Virus record (IMG/VR): IMGVR_UViG_3300045125_000140 | Coordinates: 1 to 64,000 of that record | Reading direction: 5' to 3' (one strand) | DNA length: 64,000 nt | From: a virus | Shown here: positions 11,074-21,436 of the stretch, piece after piece | Layout: the number at the start of each line of letters is the position of its first letter | Numbering within the stretch: position 1 is the first letter of the stretch | The notes under the pieces: generated by a model | Databases searched by the model: none | What the model was told of the DNA's origin: nothing | What the model saw: only the letters and a program-made list of their open reading frames with translations | Program-made: the position numbers and the translations under genes

Positions 11074-14000
11074 TCAGACTTTCTCGCACATCAAGTATGC
11101 CGAAAACTCGGGCATAGGGTAAAAATACTTCGGGAAGAAGCCGTGACCGTGCTTACGCGCTACGGACGTCGGAGCAACTTCGGATTCTTTGTATGTCGCA
11201 ACTCTCGGCGCAATATTTTCGTTAAACGTCGCGTTTCCTTGAGTTATTTCGTGAGAGTGTCCCATAGATCCGTAGCTGAAGCCTTTTAATCTACCATCCG
11301 GGTACAGGTCGTCAACTACCGTATCGCCGTATCTTACATATCCGCTAGGCTCTACGACGACCCCTTCAAAATTATTAGACATGATATCGTCGACGACGTT
11401 GCCGAATACTGAAACATTCAGCACCGTTGTGAACGCGCGAACAGACCACATACCCTGACCGCGTATGACGGATTTATTTATAACAACAGAATTAGGGTCA
11501 AACAGTTTAGCATCCGACAAGTACGCCCACGCGTCTTGCGAGTCTCCAACAGGATCGCCCGGCAATCTGGCCCAGTTAAGTGATGTTACGAGGCTGTTAA
11601 AGGCGGACGATATTTCTGAAGGAACTCCGCTTAACACGAAACCGTCCGGAGCGGGGCCGCCAGCGGATCCAACGTAAGAATCGATCGTTCCACCACCGGC
11701 TTTTCTAACTGATACGCTAGTTGCATTTGCTGAATTTATCTCTACCAGAAGTCGCTGCATTAAATAAACGTACTGCGTGGTTGTCGAGCCGCCGGTAGGG
11801 TTGGGGAGTGTCTGATTTACTAATGCTTTAATAGGTACTGGTAGCGTATTATAAGATATGCCTCTAGAGTCTAACGTAGACTTGGGAATTCGATACATCA
11901 GAGTCAAAGCAAACAGGTCCCCGATATTCGGTATCGGATCAAACTCTACGTTCGGAAGTCCCACCAGCGCTAGCCCATCGTTGAGAGTAACTGGAACCGG
12001 ATTTCCATATACGCCGTTTGGAGGAAGCTGCCCGAAATCCCCGGGAGACCAGTTCGGAACGCCGCCGTTAAACGGGAAACCTGGAAAGATGGAGTAGAAC
12101 GGCGTTAGGTTAGTTCCGTACGGAAGCGTGGTGTAAAGAGTTTCCAGAGACGACGGGGGCCCGTTTACAACTCTTGTAATTTTTGAGACGGTCTGCGTAG
12201 TCTCAGTTTGATTAATATTTCCAATAGTTAGTGACGTTGCTGATTGATTATTTGATGCGTTAGGCAGTGATGCGGTTGTGACGAATATTGGGCCTAGTGG
12301 CGGGACGGTGGCGGACGACGGAGGTAGGGCGGAGAACGGGATAAACATCGGGTACGAGATGCCGTCATACGCGGGATTATCGGATGCCCAAACCCCTTCA
12401 AAGTGCTGCCTAGAAACAGACACTTGACGAACCACGGAAGAGTAGTCGTACTTCCTGTTTCGGAGATCGTGTATGCCCCGATCTCGAGATGACCTGATTC
12501 GCAGCGACATGCCGGGTTGAACCTTAAGTTGCGGCGTATCGATGTTGAACAACTCCATTTCGCCAAACGTCGGGGTCGTTGCTGGAGTCGACATCAGAAC
12601 TTGTTTTGAGACCCCTTTCACCGGTATGGGTCTGTTGTTCTGGTCTAGCAACACAGCCGGAATGCCGGTCCACGTCAGAACAGTCCTATTTCGGATACCG
12701 TCGTAAGACGCGCCTTCAGGAGGAGGCAGAAGCGGAACAGTTTCTAGCTCTCCCGAAGATGCTTGTCTGGTGGACGACCATATACCGTCAGTTGCACTTT
12801 TTGCAAGTGAGTCCACGCGTTTAAATCCAGCAGGGCATCTCGGACCGCTGTATAGGATGACGGCACCTTTAGGAATAACTCCTGCATGCTCATCCACCTT
12901 ATGAAGCAGCCGATCTAAAGAAGATCGCTGATCTGCGGGAAGGGCTACGGATGTGTCGCTACGGTCGTCTAGATAGCTGAAGTCGTGTCGCGCTACGAAA
13001 TCGCCTTTGTAGAGAACAACATCGCCGATCTCGAAGGTCGGAGGATACTCTGTTGACGATGTGTTCAACGGCTGGTATCGAATTCTGACTCGAAGGTTAC
13101 CTTTCGGCGGCGTGGTAAATTCGGTTAAGAATCTAAATACGTGGCGACGGAATGTAGTAGTCAGCGACGATTCTTCGCTGGTTGACGCCGACTCTCCGAA
13201 CGCCGTGGCCGTCGAATTTGAGGCCCCGGGAAGCGGGACCGTTGTGTTGTTTATCAGAATCGGAGTTTCTTCTCCGGTCACTGGATCAACGATATCGATA
13301 AACGGTTCTATTAAAAATGAGTCGAATGCGTTAGAAAGGACATTTGCGGGGTAGGCGCTAAATGCCAGCGTGAACTCGTATCGATAGGCGTAGACGTACT
13401 TTACGAAGTTAACTCTGAATCTCGGGAAAACGTACCAAGTGGTAAGGCTGATGTTTGGAAGACCGGCCGGAATAAATGGGGATCCAGGTATTGCGGACAC
13501 ACCTAGTTTTACAGAGCCCTCTTGATTCTGAATCGACGTAATTTTGCAGACCGAGTAGTCGGTTCTTCGACGAAGGCCCGATGTTTGCGAGAAGAGGACT
13601 CCAGCCCGCTCCTCGATGTTCTCGATCACCAACGTATCGCCGGGCTGTATCCCTACTAACTCCGAATTGTTTTCGTCCTTTATTTGGCGATTAAATGTAT
13701 TGGCTTTGTTAATTACAATAAACGTGTGCTGCCCTTCGGAAACAAAGGACGCGGCCGCATTTTGGTGGGAGGCGATCCACGGAATCGACTTTGTCGGCGA
13801 AGCCGTCAAGAAGTATCGATCGATGTTGGACGCCGTGTATTTTACGGTCGCCCCAGCTCTAAACACTCCGTTTAGATCCGGATACTGGGGAACTTCGGCT
13901 AAAAGTTCGGAGCCCTCGGAGATCGGGATGCGTTCGCCGAAGCCGTTCATCTGATAGACGGCGAACTCTTCGGAAGCGACGTGTTTTCCGTCTATTATTG

Positions 14001-14337
14001 TATCTGCTGGAAACTCAATTCGAATAGTAGACGGGGAGGTTGGCACAGCGATAGCATTAACAACGTAATGTTCGCTTGGATACGACCACACGTCTTTTCG
14101 GTCAACAGTCTGGGCAATTTCGGAGTAGTGGTCTACCCCGACTTCGGCAGGGCGAACGAGCTTGGCCACGTACAACGGCGATCCGGTGTTCTGTAAGCTG
14201 AGCTCGGAGGTGCTTCCGGCAATCGAATTAATCCCGTGACTGGCTGAGCCACGGAGGACTTCCCATCCGGAGAGACCGCTATTGAAATCTCCGTTCATGA
14301 GCAGCGACGGCGCATCTTTTTGGCGGATCGTTGCCAT
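11074..14337 (-). CDS. Tail fibre with CBM-like and tail-collar domains
   Basis: LLMNGDFNSGLSGWEV; collar motif IPKGAVILYSGPRCPAGF; C-terminal HSH/HGH...YLMCEKV. Confidence 0.65.
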   Translation of the reverse strand: MATIRQKDAPSLLMNGDFNSGLSGWEVLRGSASHGINSIAGSTSELSLQNTGSPLYVAKLVRPAEVGVDHYSEIAQTVDRKDVWSYPSEHYVVNAIAVPTSPSTIRIEFPADTIIDGKHVASEEFAVYQMNGFGERIPISEGSELLAEVPQYPDLNGVFRAGATVKYTASNIDRYFLTASPTKSIPWIASHQNAAASFVSEGQHTFIVINKANTFNRQIKDENNSELVGIQPGDTLVIENIEERAGVLFSQTSGLRRRTDYSVCKITSIQNQEGSVKLGVSAIPGSPFIPAGLPNISLTTWYVFPRFRVNFVKYVYAYRYEFTLAFSAYPANVLSNAFDSFLIEPFIDIVDPVTGEETPILINNTTVPLPGASNSTATAFGESASTSEESSLTTTFRRHVFRFLTEFTTPPKGNLRVRIRYQPLNTSSTEYPPTFEIGDVVLYKGDFVARHDFSYLDDRSDTSVALPADQRSSLDRLLHKVDEHAGVIPKGAVILYSGPRCPAGFKRVDSLAKSATDGIWSSTRQASSGELETVPLLPPPEGASYDGIRNRTVLTWTGIPAVLLDQNNRPIPVKGVSKQVLMSTPATTPTFGEMELFNIDTPQLKVQPGMSLRIRSSRDRGIHDLRNRKYDYSSVVRQVSVSRQHFEGVWASDNPAYDGISYPMFIPFSALPPSSATVPPLGPIFVTTASLPNASNNQSATSLTIGNINQTETTQTVSKITRVVNGPPSSLETLYTTLPYGTNLTPFYSIFPGFPFNGGVPNWSPGDFGQLPPNGVYGNPVPVTLNDGLALVGLPNVEFDPIPNIGDLFALTLMYRIPKSTLDSRGISYNTLPVPIKALVNQTLPNPTGGSTTTQYVYLMQRLLVEINSANATSVSVRKAGGGTIDSYVGSAGGPAPDGFVLSGVPSEISSAFNSLVTSLNWARLPGDPVGDSQDAWAYLSDAKLFDPNSVVINKSVIRGQGMWSVRAFTTVLNVSVFGNVVDDIMSNNFEGVVVEPSGYVRYGDTVVDDLYPDGRLKGFSYGSMGHSHEITQGNATFNENIAPRVATYKESEVAPTSVARKHGHGFFPKYFYPMPEFSAYLMCEKV

Positions 14338-15449
14338 TATATCTTCCTGCAGAAGAGGAACTGTCGATTAACCGGAACAGATCCGGCATCAGAAACATTA
14401 TGTTGGTGATCGGACGTTCCTTCGGCGGCTTCGTCGGCCGGCGAACGGCCGAAGCTGTTATAGGACGGAAACTGTGTCGGATCTACGGACACAGACTGAC
14501 CAAACTTACTTAAAAAGGATTCAAACTGCCTTGTTTGATCAGCTACAAGAGAGAATTTATATTCCGCTCTGTTGTGCGAAGGTGCGCCGAGTGATTGGTT
14601 GGTGGGCGAGGTTGATCCCATAGGGAACGCTCTGAACCTCGCCTTTATCCTTGAGTCAGCTGAAACCCATTCGTCGGGCGGAACTTGATTATCCGGCTCC
14701 TCAAGCTTTACAAATCCAGGCGGGCACGCATTACCCATGAACATCATTATGGCGTCTCGAGGAATTGCGCAGTACACGGGATCGCCCGTGTACGGCGCAC
14801 TGTCGTGCTCTCCGTGAACCAGCTGAATGTTGCCTATGTGAACTTCGGCAAGCTCGGTGCGGTCCAATCTCTTTATAGAGATTAGAATCTTTGCCGGCTC
14901 TATGGGAGCAGGAATCTTTAGACGTATGCGGGACCAGGAGCTGTTAGTCGATCTGGATAAGTTTCTTACATCGGAAACGCCGACGCTAGATCCCAGGATG
15001 TCTTCGAACTTGGCGGACACGGTTATTTTGCCGCTCTTCAATCGCATAGACATTTCGAGCGTATACCACGCCTGCTTGCCCAGCAATCTTAAATGATCGG
15101 ACAGGTAACCTTCGTACACCTCTCGGCGAGCCGAGGCCGGCTCGAGCGGAACAGGAAAATCTAGAACGTTAACGTTCGAATTAATTGAGTAAGATTGCGA
15201 CAAAACAAGCGCGGAGCTAGACACCAACTTTACCGCAAGATAGTCCGAAGCGCCGTCTACCTCGGTCTGATCTTCTGAGCGGACATACGCGGCGTTTACC
15301 GAAAGGTCGTCCGGATAAAACGCTCCACCAAAAACATCCCAATAGTGCGGATATCGATCGCCGTCTACAGTTTCGAGGTGATCCATCCCGCCATTGATGA
15401 CTAGGTTTCTAAGGCAGAAGGAGTCGGCGTGTTTTCTGTTACGGCTCAC
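14337..15449 (-). CDS. Short tail fibre/collar protein with CBM-like domain
   Basis: NLVINGGMD...W; IPRDAIMMFMGNACPPGF; HQH...FLFCRKI. Confidence 0.65.
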   Translation of the reverse strand: MSRNRKHADSFCLRNLVINGGMDHLETVDGDRYPHYWDVFGGAFYPDDLSVNAAYVRSEDQTEVDGASDYLAVKLVSSSALVLSQSYSINSNVNVLDFPVPLEPASARREVYEGYLSDHLRLLGKQAWYTLEMSMRLKSGKITVSAKFEDILGSSVGVSDVRNLSRSTNSSWSRIRLKIPAPIEPAKILISIKRLDRTELAEVHIGNIQLVHGEHDSAPYTGDPVYCAIPRDAIMMFMGNACPPGFVKLEEPDNQVPPDEWVSADSRIKARFRAFPMGSTSPTNQSLGAPSHNRAEYKFSLVADQTRQFESFLSKFGQSVSVDPTQFPSYNSFGRSPADEAAEGTSDHQHNVSDAGSVPVNRQFLFCRKI

Positions 15450-16924
15450 TTGCCGCCCTCCTGTTGGAGGACCTCAAGGAACTGGTCGATCAGTTTCTGT
15501 TTTTTGCCGGCCAGGCCGTGCATGTATTCGTCGGTGGATGTGTGCGGCTTATCACCCATCATGCGTTGAAATAGCGTAGGCGGGGTGGTCGAATGGTAAT
15601 GGCGAACATCGACATGACGCTCATCCGGAGGAAGATGCTCGTGGCTCTTATAACGGATCGCGCGGCCGATGACCTGCTTGATGCGGCTCTTGTTCCAGTG
15701 CGGCTCGACTACCTGAACCATTCTGGTGCCCTTTAGGTCTAGGCCTTCGGAGCCGGCGCCGGAAACTAGAAGAGCCTTTATCTTATCGGCGTTGTAGTCT
15801 TCGACGATCTTCTTCTTTTGCCGATCCGAAAGCTCTCCTGTGAACATCGCCGCCGGAACACCTGCCTTGGTTAAGGCCGAGTGCAGCGGCTGGATCCCGT
15901 CACGGATAAAGTTGGAGTAGATCACGCCCTTGAATCGGGGGTTCTTTTCCAGCCCGGAACCAAAATCAGAAAGAATCTTCTGGAACTTGGGCGAGTGATG
16001 GAGTGCATCCTCTTCCGTCATGTACGTCTGGTAACTGTGCGGCGTGTTCGACACCGCTCGAGGAGCGCTCAGGAAGGCGGCGAGGTTTGCCGACTCTTTC
16101 TTTGACGGAGGGAGGTTGCGTTCTACTTTTCGGAGAAGTCCGCTCGGTATTCCACGGGCAACGTAATCGTATACCTGCTTCTGAACCGGGCTCATCTGAA
16201 CCTTGATGGTCTTTTCCGACGAGGACGGGAATCCGTCTTTTATCGACGGATGGTAGTCGACGTATTTACGTACGGCGCGCGCAAATTGAGCCTTGTTCTT
16301 TATAGCCGGCTCGACTCCAGGCTGAACTCCGAAAAGATACTTCTCGATGAGCCCGGGGCTTACTTCCTTCTCCTCAACAAACTCTTTTTCGAATTCTCCG
16401 CCGGTAGGAAGGACCTTCTTACCTGCGGCGATGTTGAGTAGTGGGGCTAGCTCGCTCGGATAGTTTTGAATCGGCGTGCCGGTAAGTAGGATTCTGCGGG
16501 CGGACGGAGACGCCTGCTCCAAGGCGGCGCGAGTGCGCATCGACGTCGGATCTTGCAAGCGGTGCGCTTCGTCGAAGATAAGGACTTTGTCCCTGCTCGA
16601 CGGCGACTTCGTAAATCCTTCGTAGCTCTTAAGATCGAAGGGTACTTTGGGCTTGACCTTGGCTATCTCTTTGAGGTAGTTGGGTCTAAGCGATGCCGGA
16701 ACAACTGCCTCAGCAGGAAGTCCTAGCTTATCGGCAGCCGAAATTGATGTGATCGTTTTACCGGAACCGAGTCCGTGGTAAACGAGAAGGCCAGGAGTTT
16801 CGAGAAGCTTTTGAAGCACGCGCTTTTGATGCGGCTTGAGCTCTATCTTCTCCTCTCCCTTATTCTTATCGGGATCGGGAGCTTTCTTGGCGATCTTCTC
16901 GAATGAAGAGGCGAGGCGTCTCAT
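15446..16924 (-). CDS. SNF2-related superfamily 2 helicase/ATPase
   Basis: Q motif LKPHQ, Walker A HGLGSGKT, DEAH, LLTGTP, GSEGLDLKG, EPHWN, QVIGRAIR. Confidence 0.9.
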   Translation of the reverse strand: MRRLASSFEKIAKKAPDPDKNKGEEKIELKPHQKRVLQKLLETPGLLVYHGLGSGKTITSISAADKLGLPAEAVVPASLRPNYLKEIAKVKPKVPFDLKSYEGFTKSPSSRDKVLIFDEAHRLQDPTSMRTRAALEQASPSARRILLTGTPIQNYPSELAPLLNIAAGKKVLPTGGEFEKEFVEEKEVSPGLIEKYLFGVQPGVEPAIKNKAQFARAVRKYVDYHPSIKDGFPSSSEKTIKVQMSPVQKQVYDYVARGIPSGLLRKVERNLPPSKKESANLAAFLSAPRAVSNTPHSYQTYMTEEDALHHSPKFQKILSDFGSGLEKNPRFKGVIYSNFIRDGIQPLHSALTKAGVPAAMFTGELSDRQKKKIVEDYNADKIKALLVSGAGSEGLDLKGTRMVQVVEPHWNKSRIKQVIGRAIRYKSHEHLPPDERHVDVRHYHSTTPPTLFQRMMGDKPHTSTDEYMHGLAGKKQKLIDQFLEVLQQEGGK

Positions 16925-16927
16925 GGA

Positions 16928-17611
16928 TCACCTCGGCTCAACTACGAGAACTCCGGAGTTATCGACGCGAACGAGCCACTTGGACCCGTTTGGCGCCCGC
17001 ATGGCGAAACCATCGCCAAAACCGCGGAACTCGGCGGCTTCGTTGTCGCCCTGATCTTGGACGATCACCTTATTTCGCACGGAAGCGGGAATCGACGTGT
17101 GCGGAACGGAGAATAAATATAGCCCGGTTTGATACGTAGAGTCGTCCTTGTCCGCCCCGTAAATTCTTACGCTGTTGGACGTGCGCTCTTCGTAAAATGA
17201 GGGGAAGTCTGCGGCGACAAAGCTCGTCGGAGACGCTCCGCCGGTCTTCTGCATCCCAATCATAGACAGGCGCTCGTCTATAGATGGAATACGGCTAAAT
17301 GTGATCTTGGTAGTTGCGGGATTTGACCCGTTATAGTTCGCTATGTATATCTGAAGCTGATTTGAAGCGACTATGTAGTCAAAGTCTAGGATAAAATCGG
17401 TGTATACCCCGATCGCATCTGTTCCACGAGTTACCTGAGGCGATCCGTTCTTTACGGTAGACGTGCTGTGTATGGACACGACTTGAGACTTACCGGTTTC
17501 GGCGCCGTAAAATCTGGACGCATCGCCCTCGCTCGCTACGCGAACAAATACCCCAGGAATTAACGTTGGAGTAGGTAAAATCGTGTTTATGTATTGACGA
17601 ACTTGAGCCAC
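16928..17611 (-). CDS. Hypothetical structural protein
   Basis: 227-aa ORF in the tail operon; C-terminal APNGSKWLVRVDNSGVL resembles tail-fibre junction motifs. Confidence 0.55.
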   Translation of the reverse strand: MAQVRQYINTILPTPTLIPGVFVRVASEGDASRFYGAETGKSQVVSIHSTSTVKNGSPQVTRGTDAIGVYTDFILDFDYIVASNQLQIYIANYNGSNPATTKITFSRIPSIDERLSMIGMQKTGGASPTSFVAADFPSFYEERTSNSVRIYGADKDDSTYQTGLYLFSVPHTSIPASVRNKVIVQDQGDNEAAEFRGFGDGFAMRAPNGSKWLVRVDNSGVLVVEPR

Positions 17612-17660
17612 TTTAAGCCTCGATCAAGTACAGTTTATCTGGATTTTGGCCGTTTACCCG

Positions 17661-19994
17661 CTAGTAACGAATATACGACTCAAAATCCAAATCGATCTTA
17701 GCAAGCCCGTTTGACAACGACGATGCGACGACCGTCAGGCCGTCTCTGGTCACATCAAATACCGGCGCACTTACGTTAAAGGATCTATTATACGCGCTCC
17801 CCTCTACTACGGACGCGTTTAACGACCCGAGCTGCGTAAATTTCTGGGCGCCGAACTGAATCGTAGCAGCTACCTGCTGCGCCTCTGTGGTGTTCCCAGC
17901 GGCTATTAGCCGGCCTCGTTCATAGTACTTGCGCAATATGTCCGTGGCGTTGACCGGCTCCGTGTAATCGATTGTGGCGAACTCGCCGAGGGCGCCTGTT
18001 GCGTTATAAACCGTAACATTGCCGGTTCGATCAATAAATTGAATTACAAAACCGATAGCTACGGCATCCACCGGGATCGTCGTAAGAGACCTCACGATCA
18101 CGCGGCCGATAGCTGTGGTAGCTACTGCGGACTGGGCCAGCTCGCGAGTTACGCCGCCGGTCGGGGTCAGGCGGTAAATAGCGATATTAACTGCTACGAG
18201 GTTCGGCGCCGATCCTCGGTAAGAGAGGGCGAACGTAACCCACTTTCCAGTCTCTGATCCCGATATCGGAGCACGGTACTCCAGCTCCGAGGTATTGGTG
18301 CTGGCCTGATTGGGGCCAATCTCCCAATACAGTCCAGTATCTGTTCCCGGACCAACGCCCAATAGATCCGACTGGATCGATACACGGCTTATGGTGTTAT
18401 TAACGGGGACCGCTCCGAGGCTGACGAACTGCCAGCCATCGGCTGCAAACGGACGCGTTTCCGTAACTTGGTATACGATCTCCTCATTTGCGTCCGGATT
18501 CGGAACTTGGCTATTGATATCGTTCCGACTCCACACTCTGAAGTTACCGTTTGCAATAAGGTTCGGTACCGCGTTCTTCAAAGATCGGATACCGACATCC
18601 GCTACCGTAGCCGTATTTACTACCTGCTGATTGAGCCGGAGATAGCAGCCGTACGAGAATATGTTACAGCCGAGAGCGCGATTAACGTACTCAGCCGGAA
18701 TATAGAATTTCAGATATAGCTTTTGTACTTCGCCCGCCGGAATACGTACGATCTGGCCCGGGCGGAACAGCGGGCTACTAAATCCGGCAGTCGGTGAGCT
18801 GGTTGAATATCTGAAATATACATTCGTGAAATCCGAATCGACGTGCACCATGAAGTGCTGGGCTTTAAACGAAACATCGCGGAACATGTCCTTTGTTACA
18901 AATACCGCGTATCCGGAAATAGGCGTTCCTGTATTCGCTAGATTTAAAGCCGTTCTTCCTTTATCTAACGAGATGGACCAAGGCTCTGCCGTGACCGATG
19001 AGTTTAGTACCTCGATTAAAGAAGTTTCGGAGGCAACCGCGGTCGAGGTCAATTCGATGCCGGAGGTATCGCGGAAAACGTCTACGCGCACGAAATCAAA
19101 GATTGAGTCCGCAAGAGACGCCTTATACGGCTCGTCCTCGACGACGGCAACCAACTGTCGAGATACCGGGAATCTTATATCCCGGACAGATACTATTGCA
19201 GGAACGGTGCCTATGGCTGTGTTTACCACAGCGATACATAGCGGTAATATGGAGCTCGTAAACGTAGGCAAGTTCTCTTCAGAGTCCGCCGTACCGATTA
19301 CCGACACGACGCCGTCGTCGGTCAGCCCGAACAAAGCGTACTTCAGACCGTATCCATCAAAATCATCGATAAGCAGCTCTCGGCTATAGCCGCCGGGAAA
19401 GTGGATAGCTTTTGCACCATCGAACGATTGGAATACACCCTCGTGCACAAAAATGCGGGTAGTGCGTACAGGATCGGCGATCGGTTTGAGTGAGCCGATA
19501 TCCTGCCCCGGAGTAAATCTTGCCGGTACGAGATTGATTACGTCTGTGTAGGCTATCGAGGCTGATCCGGACTTAGCCTGAACATACACGTGCGCGAGAG
19601 GAATATCGAACGGACCGGGAGACGGCGGTACCGGATCGTCGCCCGACGACGGGTATGTCCCACGAATAACTTCGTAGGTTTGTCCTACGTTGTTATCGGC
19701 GCTGAATTCGTAACGCGCCACAACAAGATCGACTCTGACGCCGTCAGGGTTAGAGTTGGTGACCAGAACGATCGAAACGAGGTCGTCGGTTTCTTCTATT
19801 CTGACCCCCTGAGAGGTTAATAGGATAGACGACGGCGCATTACCGCGAACAATCGACAACCGATTTGATCCCTCGGAAGCTGGAACTACCTTATATCCCG
19901 AATAAACGCCGGGACGGACGAGACCGGCCAGCTGCAAGTTCTGGTTGCGGCTGGTGTCGGGAGAGTGGTACCGGGTAGTTCTAATTTGAGCCAT
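17661..19994 (-). CDS. Baseplate/tail-fibre attachment protein with CBM-like C-terminal domain
   Basis: RVDLVVARY...G...P..P...DIPLAHVYV fibre-anchor motif; NLIANGNFRVWSR...ADGW. Confidence 0.6.
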   Translation of the reverse strand: MAQIRTTRYHSPDTSRNQNLQLAGLVRPGVYSGYKVVPASEGSNRLSIVRGNAPSSILLTSQGVRIEETDDLVSIVLVTNSNPDGVRVDLVVARYEFSADNNVGQTYEVIRGTYPSSGDDPVPPSPGPFDIPLAHVYVQAKSGSASIAYTDVINLVPARFTPGQDIGSLKPIADPVRTTRIFVHEGVFQSFDGAKAIHFPGGYSRELLIDDFDGYGLKYALFGLTDDGVVSVIGTADSEENLPTFTSSILPLCIAVVNTAIGTVPAIVSVRDIRFPVSRQLVAVVEDEPYKASLADSIFDFVRVDVFRDTSGIELTSTAVASETSLIEVLNSSVTAEPWSISLDKGRTALNLANTGTPISGYAVFVTKDMFRDVSFKAQHFMVHVDSDFTNVYFRYSTSSPTAGFSSPLFRPGQIVRIPAGEVQKLYLKFYIPAEYVNRALGCNIFSYGCYLRLNQQVVNTATVADVGIRSLKNAVPNLIANGNFRVWSRNDINSQVPNPDANEEIVYQVTETRPFAADGWQFVSLGAVPVNNTISRVSIQSDLLGVGPGTDTGLYWEIGPNQASTNTSELEYRAPISGSETGKWVTFALSYRGSAPNLVAVNIAIYRLTPTGGVTRELAQSAVATTAIGRVIVRSLTTIPVDAVAIGFVIQFIDRTGNVTVYNATGALGEFATIDYTEPVNATDILRKYYERGRLIAAGNTTEAQQVAATIQFGAQKFTQLGSLNASVVEGSAYNRSFNVSAPVFDVTRDGLTVVASSLSNGLAKIDLDFESYIRY

Positions 19995-19996
19995 TA

Positions 19997-20392
19997 TCAG
20001 ACCTCAGGAGTAGCGACGAACTGGATTTCCCAGTCAATAACCAACCACTCAAGATTTGTTTTTACTTGCTTTATCGTTCTGCCGTTGGCATCGGCGTCGG
20101 ACACGTAATGCGCCAACAGGACGCCATTAGCGGCTTCAATACCGAGCTCATCTATAAACGGTCTAGAAGGATTGTCGGACGATGTAACGCCGTCCTCGGG
20201 CGCCAGAATGGACGAGTAGTGGATTCGACGCTCCTCGATCATGCCGGATTGAGTTATCTGAACTAATGGGGTAGTCATGATAACTCGGCGCATTTGAGTA
20301 TCTTCATACGCGGGGGCTGGCGTACGCCCATGAAGCCACCGACGTTGTTGTACTCGCCGCCGCAGCCAATCGATATTCTTGCAGGCTGCCAA
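19997..20392 (-). CDS. C-terminal part of a frameshifted tail-collar/baseplate protein
   Basis: FIDELGI...LLAH...KTNLEWLVIDWEIQF; joins 20275..20574 by a frameshift near IGCGG (about 20360). Confidence 0.5.
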   Translation of the reverse strand: MAACKNIDWLRRRVQQRRWLHGRTPAPAYEDTQMRRVIMTTPLVQITQSGMIEERRIHYSSILAPEDGVTSSDNPSRPFIDELGIEAANGVLLAHYVSDADANGRTIKQVKTNLEWLVIDWEIQFVATPEV

Positions 20393-20574
20393 AGTTCAAA
20401 ATCACGCATGAGCAGGCGCTGAACTGTGTCGTGCATCCCGACACAGACAATATTATTGCCGCCAAATTTTAAAGTTCTATTCTCCTTGACTCTGGGATCA
20501 AGGTGCGCAGGGACGGACCACACCTTAGGTTTTCCAGAAGTTTTAGATAGATCGAACTTCGAGGATGAGATCAT
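20275..20574 (-). CDS. N-terminal part of a frameshifted tail-collar/baseplate protein
   Basis: NNIVCVG...ISIGCGG motif; start overlaps the upstream stop (ATGA). Confidence 0.5.
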   Translation of the reverse strand: MISSSKFDLSKTSGKPKVWSVPAHLDPRVKENRTLKFGGNNIVCVGMHDTVQRLLMRDFELWQPARISIGCGGEYNNVGGFMGVRQPPRMKILKCAELS

Positions 20575-20999
20575 GCGTTCGGTCTCTGCTTGTTAAATAC
20601 CAGCTTAAACAATATCCAGCCGTTTATGGGCCGAGCGAATCCTGCAGGTGCAGTGGTGACCTGGTTGATTATGCTGCCGGATGAAAACACAGAGGGAAGG
20701 GCGCCGGCACCTAAACCAGACGGATCGTTTACTGCCGTTGTGCCGTCTTCGATAAAGAACGGTTTCTGGAAATACCGGCTAGCGTTTCCGGCGTACTGGT
20801 TCATTATCGTGAGATACTCTATGGTGGATATGAACGTAATCGCTGGCGGAACCATGATCGAAAAGCGCTGCGTATCGTCGAACGCCGCTCTTACTCCAGT
20901 AACGGTGTCGTACCATCCGGACGTGTATCCAGTTACGTTAGATACGATTTGAGGAATTCGGGTATGCCCGGTATATCCGGCAAAAAAGCGGACCGGCAA
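20571..20999 (-). CDS. C-terminal fragment of a tail-associated protein (probably continuous with 21437..22240)
   Basis: No clear start codon; the coding-like frame extends upstream; stop overlaps the next gene. Confidence 0.45.
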   Translation of the reverse strand: MPVRFFAGYTGHTRIPQIVSNVTGYTSGWYDTVTGVRAAFDDTQRFSIMVPPAITFISTIEYLTIMNQYAGNASRYFQKPFFIEDGTTAVNDPSGLGAGALPSVFSSGSIINQVTTAPAGFARPINGWILFKLVFNKQRPNA

Positions 21000-21436
21000 A
21001 GCTAACTGGTCGTTAGTAAATGCCTCGTAATTATTTTTAGTAGTTAACGACGACAGCTTGAGTGGGGGACGTAGTAAGTCGCAAACGACTCAAGTTCTAC
21101 CGATTTGTCGATCGGCTGCTCGGTGTAGAAGATGGTGGAGAACGGGTCCAATCTTTCGGTATCTCCGGGAGTCAGCCACAGCAAATTGTTCTGTGCGTAC
21201 GACGTCGGAGAGGGTAAGAACCACGGAACAGTTAAATCCGCGTAAGCGAATGTACCCCTGCGGGTAGAATGGAGCCGTGCTCTCCGTGGAGGTGCGCACC
21301 GACTTCACGTACACCAACAGCTGTGCGTTGAATTTGGTGTTGGAGGTTGGGTGCTCGTGATCTGCTCTAGCAAACAGATTAGATGTTCCGGGAACCGAGA
21401 GCTTACCTGGAATCGGGGAGTCTTGGAATCGAGGAG

